A DNA stretch of 64,000 nucleotides from the human T2T-CHM13v2.0 reference genome, Homo sapiens: assembly GCF_009914755.1 (NCBI RefSeq), contig NC_060942.1; one strand, written 5' to 3'. The translations under genes were made by a program, and so were the position numbers. The notes under the pieces were generated by a model that did no database searches, was not told where the DNA came from, and was given only the letters and a program-made list of their open reading frames with translations. Shown in pieces: positions 46,769 to 59,638 of this stretch (its first letter is position 1; each line of letters starts with the position of its first letter).

Positions 46769-49342
46769 GGAGTGCAGTGGCGTGATCTCGGCTCACTACA
46801 ACCTACACCTCCCAGCCGCCTGCCTTGGCCTCCCAAAGTGCCGAGATTGCAGCCTCTGCCCGGCCGCCACCCCGTCTGGGAAGTGAGGAGTGTCTCTGCC
46901 TGGCCGCCCATCGTCTGGGATGTGAGGAGCCCCTCTGCCTGGCTGCCCAGTCTGGAAAGTGAGGAGCGTCTCCGCCCGGCCGCCATCCCATCTAGGAAGT
47001 GAGGAGCGCCTCTTCCCAGCCGCCATCACATCTAGGAAGTGAGGAGCGTCTCTGCCCGGCCGCCCATTATCTGAGATGTGGGGAGCGCCTCTGCCCCGCC
47101 GCCCCATCTGGGATGTGAGGAGCGCCTCTGCCCGGCCGAGACCCCGTCTGGGAGGTGAGGAGCGTCTATGCCCGGCCGCCCCGTCTGAGAAGTGAGGAGA
47201 CCCTCTGCCTGGCAACCACCCCGTCTGAGAAGTGAGGAGCCCCTCCGCCCGGCAGCTGCCCCGTCTGAGAAGTGAGGAGCCTCTCCGCCCGGCAGCCACC
47301 CCATCTGGGAAGTGAGGAGCGTCTCCGCCCGGCAGCCACCCCGTCCGAGAGGGAGGTTGGGGGGGGTCAGCTCCCCGCCTGGCCAGCCGCCCCATCCGGG
47401 AGGGAGGTGAGGGGTCAGCCCCCCCGCCCGGCCAGCCGTGCCATCCGGGAGGGAGGTGGGGGGGTCAGCCCCCCGCCTGGCCAGCCGTGCCGTCCGGGAG
47501 GGAGGTTGGGGGGTCAGCCCCCCGCCCGGCCAGCCGCCCCGTCCGGGAGGTGAGGGGCGCCTCTGCCCGGCCGCCCCTACTGGGAAGTGAGGAGCCCCTC
47601 AGCCCGGCCAGCCACCCCGTCCGGGAGGGAGATGGGGGGGTCAGCCCCCCCACCCGGCCAGCCGCCCCGTCCGGGAGGGAGGTGGGGGGGTCAGCCCCCC
47701 GCCTGGCCAGCCGCCCCGTCCGGGAGGGAGGTAGGGGGGTCAGCCCTCCGCCCAGCCAACCGCCCCGTCTGGGAGGTGAGGGGCGCCTCTGCCCGGCCGC
47801 CCCTACTGGGAAGTGAGAAGCCCCTCTGCCCGGCCAGCCGCCCCGTCCCGGAAGGAGGTGGGGGGGTCAGCCCCGCGCCCGGCCAGCCGCCCTGTCCGGG
47901 AGGGAGGTGGGGGGGTCAGCCCTCCGCCCGGCCAGCCGCCCCGTCTGGGAGGTGAGGGGCGCCTCTGCCCGGCCGCCCCTACTGGGAAGTGAGGAGCCCC
48001 TCTGCCTGGCCAGCCGCCCCGTCCGGGAGGGAGGTGGGGGGGTCGGCCCCCCGCCCGGCCAGCCGCCCCGTCCGGGAGGGAGGTGGGGGTGTCGGCCCCC
48101 CGTCCGGCCAGCCGCTCCGTCCGGGAGGGAGGTGGGGGGGTCAGCCCCCCGCCCGGCCAGCCGCCCCGTCCGGGAGGGAGGTGGGGGGGGTCAGCCCCCC
48201 TGCCTGGCCAGCCGCCCCGTCCGGGAGGTGAGGGGCGCCTCTGCCCGGCCGCCCCTACTGGGAAGTGAGGAGCCCCTCTGCCCGGCCAGCCGCCCCGTCC
48301 GGGAGGGAGGTGGGGGGGTCAGCCCCCCGCCCGGCCAGCCGCCCCGTCCGGGAGGGAGGTGGGGGGGGGGTCAGCCGCCCGGTCCGGGAGGTGAGGGGCG
48401 CCTCTGCCCGGCCGCCCCTACTGGGAAGTGAGGAGCCCCTCTGCCCGGCCAGCCGCCCCATCCGGGAGGGAGGTGGGGGGGGTCAGCCCCCCGCCTGGCC
48501 AGCCGCCCCGTCCGGGAGGGAGGTGGGGGGGGGGTCAGCCCCCCCGCCCGGCCAGCCGCCCCGTCCGGGAGGTGAGGGGCGCCTCTGCCGGGCTGCCCCT
48601 ACTGGGATGTGAGGAGCCCCTCTGCCCGGCCAGCCGCCCCGTCCGGGAGGGAGGTTGGGGGGTCAGCCCCCCGCCCGGCCAGCCACCCCGTCTGGGAGGG
48701 AGGTGGGGGGGGTCAGCCCCCCTGCCCGGCCAGCCGCCCCGTCCGGGAGGTGAGGGGCGCCTCTGCCCGGCCGCCCCTACTGGGAAGTGAGGAGCCCCTC
48801 TGCCCGGCCACCACCCCGTCTGGGAGGTGTGCCCAACAGCTCATTGAGAACGGGCCAGGATGACAATGGCGGCTTTGTGGAATAGAAAGGCGGGAAAGGT
48901 GGGGAAAAGATTGAGAAATCGGATGGTTGCCGTGTCTGTGTGAAAGAAGTAGACATGGGAGACTTTTCATTTTGTTCTGCACTAAGAAAAATTCCTCTGC
49001 CTTGGGATCCTGTTGATCTGTGACCTTACCCCCAACCCTGTGCTCTCTGAAACATGTGCTGTGTCCACTCAGGGTTAAATGGTTTAAGGGCGGTGCAAGA
49101 TGTGCTTTGTTAAACAGATGCTTGAAGGCAGCATGCTCGTTAAGAGTCATCACCAATCCCTAATCTCAAGTAATCAGGGACACAAACACTGCGGAAGGCC
49201 GCAGGGTCCTCTGCCTAGGAAAACCAGAGACCTTTGTTCACTTGTTTATCTGCTGACCTTCCCTCCACTATTGTCCCATGACCCTGCCAAATCCCCCTCT
49301 GTGAGAAACACCCAAGAATTATCAATAAAAAAATAAATTTAA

Positions 49343-49370
<28 letters not shown>
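46769..49370 (+). mobile_element. SVA retrotransposon (probably SVA_F), 5'-truncated, antisense to DYM
   Basis: Partial Alu-like domain, about 2 kb GC-rich VNTR, SINE-R, AATAAA and poly(A); perfect 14-bp TSD aaaagaactctggg (46755-46768, 49371-49384); no CCCTCT hexamer. Confidence 0.97.
46850..48830 (+). repeat. SVA VNTR (about 35-50 bp GC-rich units)
   Basis: Repeated gcccggccagccgccccgtccgggagggaggtgggggggtcagcccccc and ctactgggaagtgaggagcccctct units. Confidence 0.95.
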
Positions 49371-49379
<9 letters not shown>

Positions 49380-50392
49380 CTGGGTCTTGAAAATTCTATG
49401 GGGCAGAGCTGCCACATTAGCTCATACTTTTACTTGAGAAGTAAACTTCCATTTGCTTCTTTAAGCCACTATTATTTGGGCAGGGGAGTCTCTCTTTTAC
49501 ACAGCACCTATATCTAAAACTCTACCTAAATCAGGTCCATGTAAGCCTAAATCAGGTCCACTCCTATTTCTGGTTTTTGAAGAGAGGGTCTATAATTTTT
49601 AATAGATTGTAGAAGAGTTATATGAACCCCAAAAGGTCAGGAACCACTGATCCTGGCAAAGTATTAACTAGTCAAGGACTTCAGTGTTAACATGCTTTAC
49701 TTTATAAAAAGAGAATATAATGTTTTTAACTCAATGTGTGTTAGAAAATAATTTTTAAACATTTCTGATGCTCTTTTCAGCTTTCTCTCATCAAGCAGCA
49801 ACAATCTGAAGAGCCGAGTTAATAGTAACTCAAAATAAACTGTGCCACTGCAACAGAATTAACTCAACACTAAACTTAGCCCTTCATTTTTCCTTGCCTC
49901 AGGCCTAATTAAAACAATAGTAGCAGCTATATTTTTGACATCAGCAAAGTATGTGAAGTAAAAATAAAGACAAATAGGTACTTTCTTACTTCACAGATTT
50001 CTCACCAAACTTATTCACTACTCCACCCTGAAACCTAAGAAATTAGAACTTAAAATTGGACGTGGAACTCTAAGCAGTATTGGTCTGTTACCTAAAGTCA
50101 GATTCTTTCCTCTCAGATTCACTTAAATGCATGACAGTCATCAGAAGCAGCATGCTTTGACCATATCACAATCATTGTCAAAAGCACTAAGTAAACCTCA
50201 ACTCGCTACTGAAGTGCACACACAAACTAAAAAAGCCTAGCAATGAATTGAAATTCTCAAGCGCTTACTCAAAATTCTAAATTTGATTTCTAGAGAAGTC
50301 AAATCCAAGGTTGGTAGTTTGAGAGCTGATTTCAATGCTTCTGGGGGTAAAATGGAGGAGCTAACAGGTCTGAAAGGCTTATGGCTTCATAA

Positions 50393-50757
<365 letters not shown>

Positions 50758-51462
50758 TAAGAACAAATGTAAAGCCCTGCAATCACATTCAAATAATTAA
50801 ATATACAAATCTAGAGAAATGTGTTTTTGTGTGAAAAAGATCTGGTAATTCTATATGAGTCAAGGTGTGCCTGCTTTTAAAAATCACTCCAGTCTTAGGA
50901 CAAATTAAGAGTATAATTTATTACAGATTGCCATAGTAGATGAGAAAAAAATACATATAACATAACTATAATTTTATAATTCATATTTTTAAATTATAAA
51001 ATATACTGAAATATTATATCAAATTCTGGATATCAAATTTTATGATGGGTACTATCAATCATCCAAGAAGATAATAAAAAGACTGCATAATCTAAAAATC
51101 ATCGGCTGTCAGGAATGGTTTAAGTGGCCAAGGTATTTAAGCTGAAGAGAACAAAAATTAAGGGGAGTCAATGACAGGTGTTTTCAAAAACCCAAGGGGA
51201 CCTCATAGACAGCACAGTTTACACATTTATGTGTTTCTCTAAAGCACAGAGCTATAGCCAATATACAAAAATTATTGGTAGGCAGGCTTAACATATTCTA
51301 ATCTTTCTAAAAATGAAACAGCAAGAGCTTTACTGCCTTCTGAGGTAAGCAGCACACAGAAGTGCTCTCTTTCAGGGTTGCTGTGAAACGAATTCTTACA
51401 TTTGGAAGAAGTTTGCAGTGGAGTAAGACTTCTATCTATAGCAGTAAGTCATGTTTGACTAA

Positions 51463-51789
<327 letters not shown>

Positions 51790-52911
51790 TGGTAAAGTTC
51801 TTTTTTAAGAAATAAGCTTATATTTCTCTCTAGAAACTGAGTTACATTTTTAAATTCCGCATAACAGAAAGCTATTTGATTTTGTTAAGTAAGTCCATGA
51901 TTGCTCCATTCAGATATTTGGCTTGGTTTGTCTCTCTATATAATGTAGTTCTGTTGAAGAAAATCTCTCACCTGCAGGGACTACACTCCACCTGGCCATG
52001 TGTCACTGTGTATGCAAAATGTTTGTCACCTGCAAAGGAACACGGCAAGAGAAGATGGCGAGGTAATTCCTTTTATGCAAATCTATTCAGGTCTGTCCTG
52101 AATAGAACAGTGTCCTCTGTCCTGTCCCAGACTGCAAGTGGTAAGGCAAGGAGTGAAAGTTGGTTGGGGGTATGGGGAGGAAGCCTTAACTCCAGAGCCC
52201 ATGCCCCTAGCCACTACACTATATTAACACTGTATTTCTTCTCTGTTGTTCAGAAAAAAATGGGCAGGGCCTCAGGAGGGCTTGATATTGAAAAAATACC
52301 CCCTGGAGGCTTCATACTGTAAACCCCAGCTGAGAGTACTGAGAAACCCAAGTGGGTAAGGAAGGAGGGGGTTCCAGGAAAGGTGTTGAAAGAGGAAACA
52401 GAAAATGCAGAATAAATTCTACACTGACTCAGAAACTGAGTGTTGGCTGAACTCTGCTGGGCATCAGGGGAAGGAGGCTCAGGAATTGGACACTGCTTTC
52501 ACCACATGGTGTCTCCATCTTTCTCCTCATTTTTAAACTTTTGTTTTTCCCTACTTTGTCTTCCTTCTCCTTTTTCTTTCATTTTCTTTTATTTTCCCAG
52601 CTGAACATGTATTTCTGTCTCCTGTCTGCTCCTGCTAGGTGAGGAGTGTGACTCCAGGAGAAAAAAGACAGGGGCCTCTGGCACACATGACGAATGCTAA
52701 AATCTGCTGCCAGCTGTATTAATGAGGGTTAACAATGCGCCAGGCATGATATGCTATACGATGTATAACAATGAACAAGATATAGTGTTTACCCCCAGAA
52801 GGCTTATAGTTTCCACAAAACCATAGGAGAGATATGACAGGATAGGATATATACAAAGAAAAACACATGGAACAGATACGTGGTAACAAAGAACACAGAA
52901 GAGAAGCATAG

Positions 52912-53370
52912 TGTGATGATGTTTTATGTGTAAACCTGGCTAAACTATTGTGCCCAGTTGTTGGGTCAAACACTAGTCTAGATGTTGCTGTGAAGGTATT
53001 TGCAGATGTGATTAACATTTATGGAATGTTAAGGAAAGCAGAGTACCTTTTATAACATGAATAGGACTCACCCAATCAGCTGAAGCTATTATAAAGACTG
53101 AGGTTTCCTGAGGAAGAAGGAATTCTGTCTGAAGACCACAGCATAAAAATCCTGCCTGAGTCACTTGTCTGACGGCCTGCCCTGTGCATTTAGAATTTGA
53201 GACTGCAATATCAAGGCTTACCTGAATTTCCAGGCTGCCAACCTGCCCTACAGATTTCAGACTTGCAAGCCCCTGCAATAGCCAAAGCCCAAAATAGCTC
53301 TGTCTCCATCTCTCTCTCTCCACTTACATATAAAATCTCCTATTGGTTTTGTGGAGAGTCCGATGATACA
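52912..53370 (+). mobile_element. MLT2 (ERVL) solo LTR
   Basis: tgtgatg..ttttatgtgt.aac.tggcta...gatgttgctgtgaaggtattt...tcctattggtt...ataca. Confidence 0.8.
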
Positions 53371-53391
53371 CTAGTAAATAAGAGTAAGGTC

Positions 53392-53695
53392 GACCGGGTG
53401 TAGTGGCTCACACCTGTAATTCCAACACTTTGGGAGGCCGAGGAGGGCAGATCACTTGAGGTCAGGAGTTCAAGACTAGCCTGGCCAACATGGTGAAACA
53501 CTGTCTCTTCTAAAAATATAAAAATTAGCCAGGCGTGGTGGTGCACACCTGTAATCCCAGCTACTCAGGAGGCTGAGGTGGGAGAACTGCTTGGGCCAGG
53601 GAGGCAGAGGTTGCAGTGAGCAGAGATTGAGTCACTGCAGCCTAGCCTGGGTGACAGAGCAAGACTCCATCTCAAAAAAAAAAAAAAAAAAAAAA
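53392..53695 (+). mobile_element. AluS
   Basis: Alu dimer plus poly(A). Confidence 0.96.
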
Positions 53696-54978
53696 TTAAA
53701 AAGAAAAAGACGTCAATTATCCTGCACATTTCAGAAGTTCAATGATCAGCAGCAGTTCTCCTCATTCCTTGAAACCAGACACACTCTGTCTCCAATTCCT
53801 GAGAGTATCATGCAACTTACCTGATATTCCCTCACTTTCCATAAGCCAGTGGAAAGTCACTGGGTTTAGTCTGCTAAATTTGATAAATTCTTCTAACATT
53901 ACATACGTAACAGTTAATTCTATTATTTTCACCTACTTTTCTAACCCTCAGTTTTTTATTTCTCAAAAGTATCTACATTGACTCGATGTGAGGCTGATCA
54001 ACATCATCACGAGTCTATAAAATCTTTCTGCTTCCAAGAAAAGTCTCTGTCAACTTACACACCAGACTGCTTTCCTTTCCTAGCAATCAAGTATTTTCAC
54101 TTAGATATTATGTATAGTCTCAAGTTTTATATGTTTCATCATCTGAAAAGGTCTATTTTAAATTCTAAATGTTTGCTAATTTCTGGTTAAGGTTGTCATG
54201 GAGTTTTCTCCTTCTTCATCTAAATCATCTGGCAGTGAAGTTATTGCCTTAAATCACCATATCTAGCTAACAGTATAGTGCTGGTATAAGTCATCTCTTA
54301 CTTAGAAAAAAAAAAACGTGTTAAAAATGTTAACTGCAAAGCACAAAGTGGTAATGTCATACTGCCCCTCTATTTTGGTGCACGATAAACACAAAACAGC
54401 AGGTGTTGATTTTCTCTGATATTCGAGATTGACAGCTTGTCTCTTTCTTACTCCACCGACCCCCATTATGTTTAATCTACATTCATCCATGACACATTGC
54501 AACCTGCTGATTTTATATGATTTTATAGCCACTCTGTATGTAAATAAAATGAGTACAAAATACAAAACCCCAATAGTATAATTTCTGCCTTCCTATAAAA
54601 TCAACCTGCTCAACTGAATGCACCTCTATCGGAACATAGGTGAAATCCTACAGCTAGCTCTCAGGTGTGCTTGCATGAAGGAGAACTCAAAGGTCATAGT
54701 AACTGTAGAGTCTATTTCATATAAAACATCAGAGCACTCCAACTACTATAAATCAAAAGATTCCCAAATGGAATGCGGTATAGAATAGTTCTGGCAAGTT
54801 TATATAGACAACTCTGTGGTTGAAAGCTTTCCTCTCTCCCGTGAAACATAATATAAATTACTTAAGAAGACATTTGTAAGGAAACAAAATCCAGCTATTA
54901 TTTTAAAAAAATTATTTAGTACCATTTCAAATATAAATGTTCTCTTTAATAATTTAATTGACACATGTCTTATTAAAA

Positions 54979-55015
54979 CATGCAATTGTCAGTCATATAC
55001 AACATGCAGCATGCA
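54979..55015 (-). promoter_or_regulatory. Three RBFOX motifs (UGCAUG) downstream of the cassette exon
   Basis: catgca on + at 54979-54984, 55003-55008 and 55010-55015, i.e. 27-63 nt after the donor. Confidence 0.75.
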
Positions 55016-55041
55016 GTAAATGGACAGCAGAGGTTAATAAC

Positions 55042-55206
55042 CTGGAAGCATAGGATCTGAGAATGTGAGAGCAAGTTAAAGACAAGAGTTCCTCTCCATT
55101 GTCACTGAGGGTCGAGAAGCAATGCTGAAGCGTAGAACAGTGAGAGTGGGGGAAATACAGTTTGTCCAACACATAAACATATCTCCGCAAGTGGCGGCAG
55201 GTATAA
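55042..55206 (-). CDS. DYM: DYM cassette coding exon, 165 nt (phase 2/2), 55-aa insert
   Basis: Long pyrimidine tract ...ctttgtctttcag|T TAT ACC TGC...TCC AG|gttatt; open frame YTCRHLRRYVYVLDKLYFPHSHCSTLQHCFSTLSDNGEELLSLTCSHILRSYAS; phase matches the 8258 acceptor; absent from the classical shorter dymeclin sequence. Confidence 0.85.
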
Positions 55207-55339
55207 CTGAAAGACAAAGGTAAAAGGAGAGAAACAGAAAGAGAGGAGTTTTCCTTTGAAAAAATAAATCATTTTTTATGTCCTCAAAGCTTTCTGTGTA
55301 TCTTCACTAGATGGTGCCCAAGAAAAAAAAAAACTGTCA

Positions 55340-56350
55340 GAATAAAAAGTTAAAAAAGAAAATGAACAATCAGAATAAAAAATGGGCAAAAAATCTAAAC
55401 AGACACTTCATCAGAGAAGATATACAGATGGCAAATAAGCATATGGAGAGATGTTTAACATCATACATCACTAGGAAAATGCAAATTCAAACAATGAGAC
55501 ACCACCACAGACTATTTGAATGGCCCAAATCCAGAGCATGGATTACACCAAATGCAGGCGAGGATGTGGAGCAACAGGAACTCTCATTCACTGCTGGTGG
55601 AAATGCACAATGGTAAAGCTACTTTGGAATGCAGTTCGGCAGTTTCTTATAAAACTAAATATACTCTTACCATACAATCCAGAAATTGTGCTCTTTAGAA
55701 TTTATCCAAAAGAGTTGAAAACTTATATCCACACAAAAATCTGCACACAGGTGTTTATGGCAGCTTTATTCATAACTGCCCAAACTTGAAAGCAACCAAG
55801 GTATTCTTTAGTAGATGAATAAATAAATAAACGGTGGTACATCTAGACGATGGATTATTATTTAGGGCTAAAAAAATGAGCTATGAAGTCATGAAAAGAC
55901 ATGGAGGAACCTAAATTACTAAGTGAAAGCCACCAATCTGCAAAGGCTACATATTGTGTGATTCCATTTATATGACATTCTGGAAAAGGAAAAACTATGG
56001 AGACAGCAAAAAGATTAGGGGTTGCCAGGAGTTAGAGGGGAGAGAGGGATGAATATACAAAGCATAGAGGATTTTTAGGACAGTGAAGCTACTGTATTAA
56101 TACTATAATGGTGGATACATACATTTGTCAAAAACCAAAGAATATACAACACCAAGAGTGAACCCTAATGTAAACTATGTAGTTTGGATGATTATGTGTC
56201 AATGCAGTTTCATCAACTATAACAAATATGTCACTCTGGCACAGGATGTTGATAGTGGGGGAGGTTGGAGGCCAGGGGATATATGGCAACTCTATACTTT
56301 CTGATCACTTTTGCTGTGAACCTAAAACTGCTCTTTAAAAAGTCTATTTA
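55340..56350 (+). mobile_element. L1MC-like 3' fragment
   Basis: ORF2 tail remnants (KWAKNLNRHF..EDIQMANKHM) and 3'UTR ctgtgaacctaaaactgctct. Confidence 0.85.
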
Positions 56351-57439
56351 GGGGAGAAAAGGCATACTCACTGGGAGAAAAGTCTCAAAATATGAGGCTG
56401 TCATTAGTGAACCACATAAAATACGCCTTGGTAGAACAAAGTGATACAAAATACTTTTTCTTCACGGTATTAGGAATATGTTCCTGGCAAGTAGGCAATA
56501 ATACTACTACAATATGGAAGAGATTATGGTAGAGAGAACACTGAATTAGGAGTCAGAAAACTTAGAAATCCTTTGGAAAAGTGCTTGCAAAAATAAAATT
56601 TTTTAAAGAAAGACAAAACTTAGAAATCTAAATCCTGCTCACCCATTGGCAGCTTTATAATAGTGGGTGTATGATCTCTCTAAGCCTCAAACCCATAAGC
56701 GAACAACATAGTAAAAAATTTTAAACCGCTCCAAGATTTTAAAGTGATATTACAAAAAATAAAGTAATAAGAGGACCAATAAGAATTATTACTATTATTG
56801 TCAGAGTAATTTCACTGACGCCACATTTCAGGCCATTTAAAAATAGCAAGCTAGAGAGAAGAGAATGTAAAATCAATCTGACAAGGTGAATCAACACAAT
56901 AGTGAACATATCTGATATGTCTTGGCTATTATTAGTCCTTGAGAATCATGTCTGAAGAACTACATCAAAACTATATCAAAGTATTAATACCAAGAGGGTG
57001 ATAGGTAATTTTTAAAGTATGTTGAACTCAAAACTAGTAAGTTAGAAGATTTGAAATGGGCAAATTTCCACAAACGAACAATCCATTCATCCATTCAACC
57101 ACCAGCCTATCAAACAACCAATCAGTCAAGCAGTAACTACTATCTACTGCATGTGGGAATAGTGCTGGGCATTGAAGACAGGGTGGGGAATGATGTACAC
57201 ACAATCTCTACCCTTAGGGAGCTTACAACCTAGAGCAGGAGACAGATTATTAGACAAAACAAAATTCCTCTGAAATAGAGAAAGTCTTAAGAAGCTGTTA
57301 ATCTCCAAAACAGAGTAGTTAAAAATCTTTTAAAGTAGGCTTATATTTAAAGAGATATTTCTATTGAGTCTTGGAAAGGATTCTAGGACTCCATCTACCA
57401 AAAGAGAGCAAAAACTTAAAATACAAGAAACATATTCTT

Positions 57440-57995
57440 GAAAAATGTGTATCACCAGCACTTTAAACAAGGGATCACAGTTAACATTAACATCAGTAAT
57501 GGAACAAGTAGATGTCATGTGGCTCCTGATATGATCACAGCATAGCCAAAATCTAATTCCCAAAAAATCAAGCAAACCAAAATTGAGGGACATTCTACAA
57601 ATAAACAAAAAACTGTTCTGTATTCTCCAAATTTTAAAGGCCATAAAAGACAAAGAAAGACTGAGGGACCATTCCAGATTAAAAAAGATGAAAGAAGACA
57701 ACTATATGTAACATGATTTTGGTATTAGATTCCTGACTTGGAGGAGAAAAAAGGCATTTTTTACTTAAAATAGTTTTTATCAATGTTAATTTCCTGATTT
57801 TGAAAAATATCCTTATTTTTAAGAAATACACCATGTAGTACTTAGCAATGGGACATCATGTCTGTAAACTTATTCTCAACCATTTCAAAAAAAAGAGACA
57901 AACACAATAGTAAAGCAAATGTGGTAAAATTTTAACATTTGGGAATGTGAGTTAAAGGTAAATGAAAATTATTTGCACTATTTTTGGTAAAACTA
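57440..57995 (+). mobile_element. L1MD/ME-like 3' fragment
   Basis: caaaccaaaattgagggacattctacaaa...atcaatgttaatttcctgattttg. Confidence 0.65.
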
Positions 57996-57996
57996 A

Positions 57997-58287
57997 TTTT
58001 TTTTTTTTGAGACAGTCTCATTCTGTCACCCAGGCTGGAGTACAGTGCCACAATCATAGCTCACTGCAGCCTAAACTACCTAGGCAAGTGATCCTCTTAC
58101 CTCAGCCTCCCAAATAGCTGGAACCACAAGTGTGTGCCACCACACTCAGCTAATTTTTAAAATTTTTATTAGAGGCAGGGTCTCACTATATTGCCCAGTC
58201 TGGTCTTAAATTCTTGGGCTCAAGTGATCCATCCACCCTGGCCTTCCAAAGTGTTGAGATTACAGAAATAAGCCACCATGTCTGGCC
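57997..58287 (-). mobile_element. AluJ
   Basis: aatcatagctcactgcagcct; diverged dimer. Confidence 0.92.
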
Positions 58288-58787
58288 TAATTTATTTTTA
58301 ATCTGAAAAAAAAAATAGAACTGATCTTTTTGATAAACTGAATAATATCCATTTTAAGATTATGAGATTCAAACCTAGAGCCCTAAAATGTCATTCTGAC
58401 CTCTATACTTACAGCTTGGGACATCAGAAAAACAAGATCATGGGAAGGAGGCAAATGTGGTCTGGAGCTAGCCCATAAAAAACAGTCACTGTTACTTAAG
58501 AATTACTTTCACAAAAATAAAATTTCCTTAGTGCCTTCTTACAAGAAAATGTCCAAGATTGTGCAATGTATAGTTCTGAAATGTTATTTGATATGGTTAT
58601 GCTTCACTAAAATAAAGTACAACAATATTCTGTCCTAGAACAACATTCAAGTCTGTAAAAGATGACAAAAACCACAAGCAAAAGAGTAATGCTTAAAAAA
58701 GATTCCAAGGTGAAGTTTTCTAATAATGTATTTTTCAGTACTTTAATAATAAAATTATAACACATTTCCATAGGAACTTTTTCTAAC

Positions 58788-59106
58788 TTTTTTTTTTTTT
58801 TTTTGGAGATGGAGTTTCGCCCTGTTGCCTAGACTGGAGTGCAATGGCATGATCTCGGCTCACTGCAACCTCCGCCTCCCGGGTTCAAGCAATTCTACCG
58901 GGTTCAAGCAATTCTCCTGTCTCAGCCTCCTGAATAGCTGGGACTACAGGCGCATGCCACCATGCCCAGCTAACTTTTGTATTTTTAGTAGAGATGGGGT
59001 TTCCCCATATTGGTCAAGCTGGTCTTGAAATCCTGACCTCAGGCAATCCACCCACTTCAGCCTCCCAAAGTGATGGGATTACAGGCACGAGCCACAGTGC
59101 CTAGCC
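58788..59106 (-). mobile_element. AluS with internal 19-bp tandem duplication
   Basis: ccgggttcaagcaattct at 58879-58896 and 58898-58915. Confidence 0.95.
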
Positions 59107-59638
59107 AATTTATTTTCTTAATTATCTATATGCTTAAAGAACTTAAAAAAATGAGATTACCAGAGGCAAGTTAACCTTTACCTAGACTGATAAAAATATT
59201 CTGTATATCCTTTTCCAATGTCCTTTCTTCTTCCCTCCTTTCCTTCCTTTGAGAAAGCTCATTAGTAGACCCATTAGTAGATTAAAAAATACCAAGAAAT
59301 TAAATTAATAATACATGTTTATGGCCTATATAAAGAAAATTACCAAAATTTACTATTTGGCATAAAAGAAATCTTGAATAAATGAAGAAATACTAACTAG
59401 CATGATTTTGGAAGGGAAGACAAAATATTAAGAATGCAATTATCCTTCACAGATTCAAAATCTCAACAGTGGTATTTGATTTTGACAACATTACTCTTAT
59501 AGTAGTTCCTAAATTTTTTTAGGTGGCCATTTTAAAAGCCAACAAAAGACACGGATTCCCTTACAGAAAAATGTACCAACACGAAATGCTTGGGATTCAG
59601 TGGTACAAAAAGATACATGGATTCTGCTCTCATAGAAC

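Larger units (their letters stand above)
46460..49510. mobile_element. Old MLT1 LTR split by the SVA (46460-46768 and 49385-49510)
   Basis: tggcagagactgttagttgtcccca start; gtaaacttccatttg...ttaagccact end. Confidence 0.6.

Noticed and set aside
46850-48830. CRISPR-like repeat array
   Set aside because: Tandem SVA VNTR units with no unique spacers, no cas genes, and primate DNA
46627-49415. Many overlapping Pro/Gly/Arg-rich ORFs up to 199 aa
   Set aside because: Products of the stop-poor GC-rich SVA VNTR and SINE-R
51876-52322. 148-aa + strand ORF
   Set aside because: Non-ATG start, no recognisable homology, antisense to DYM, and partly MIR-like
53815-53900. Consensus donor CAG|gtaagt on the minus strand
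   Set aside because: No convincing upstream acceptor
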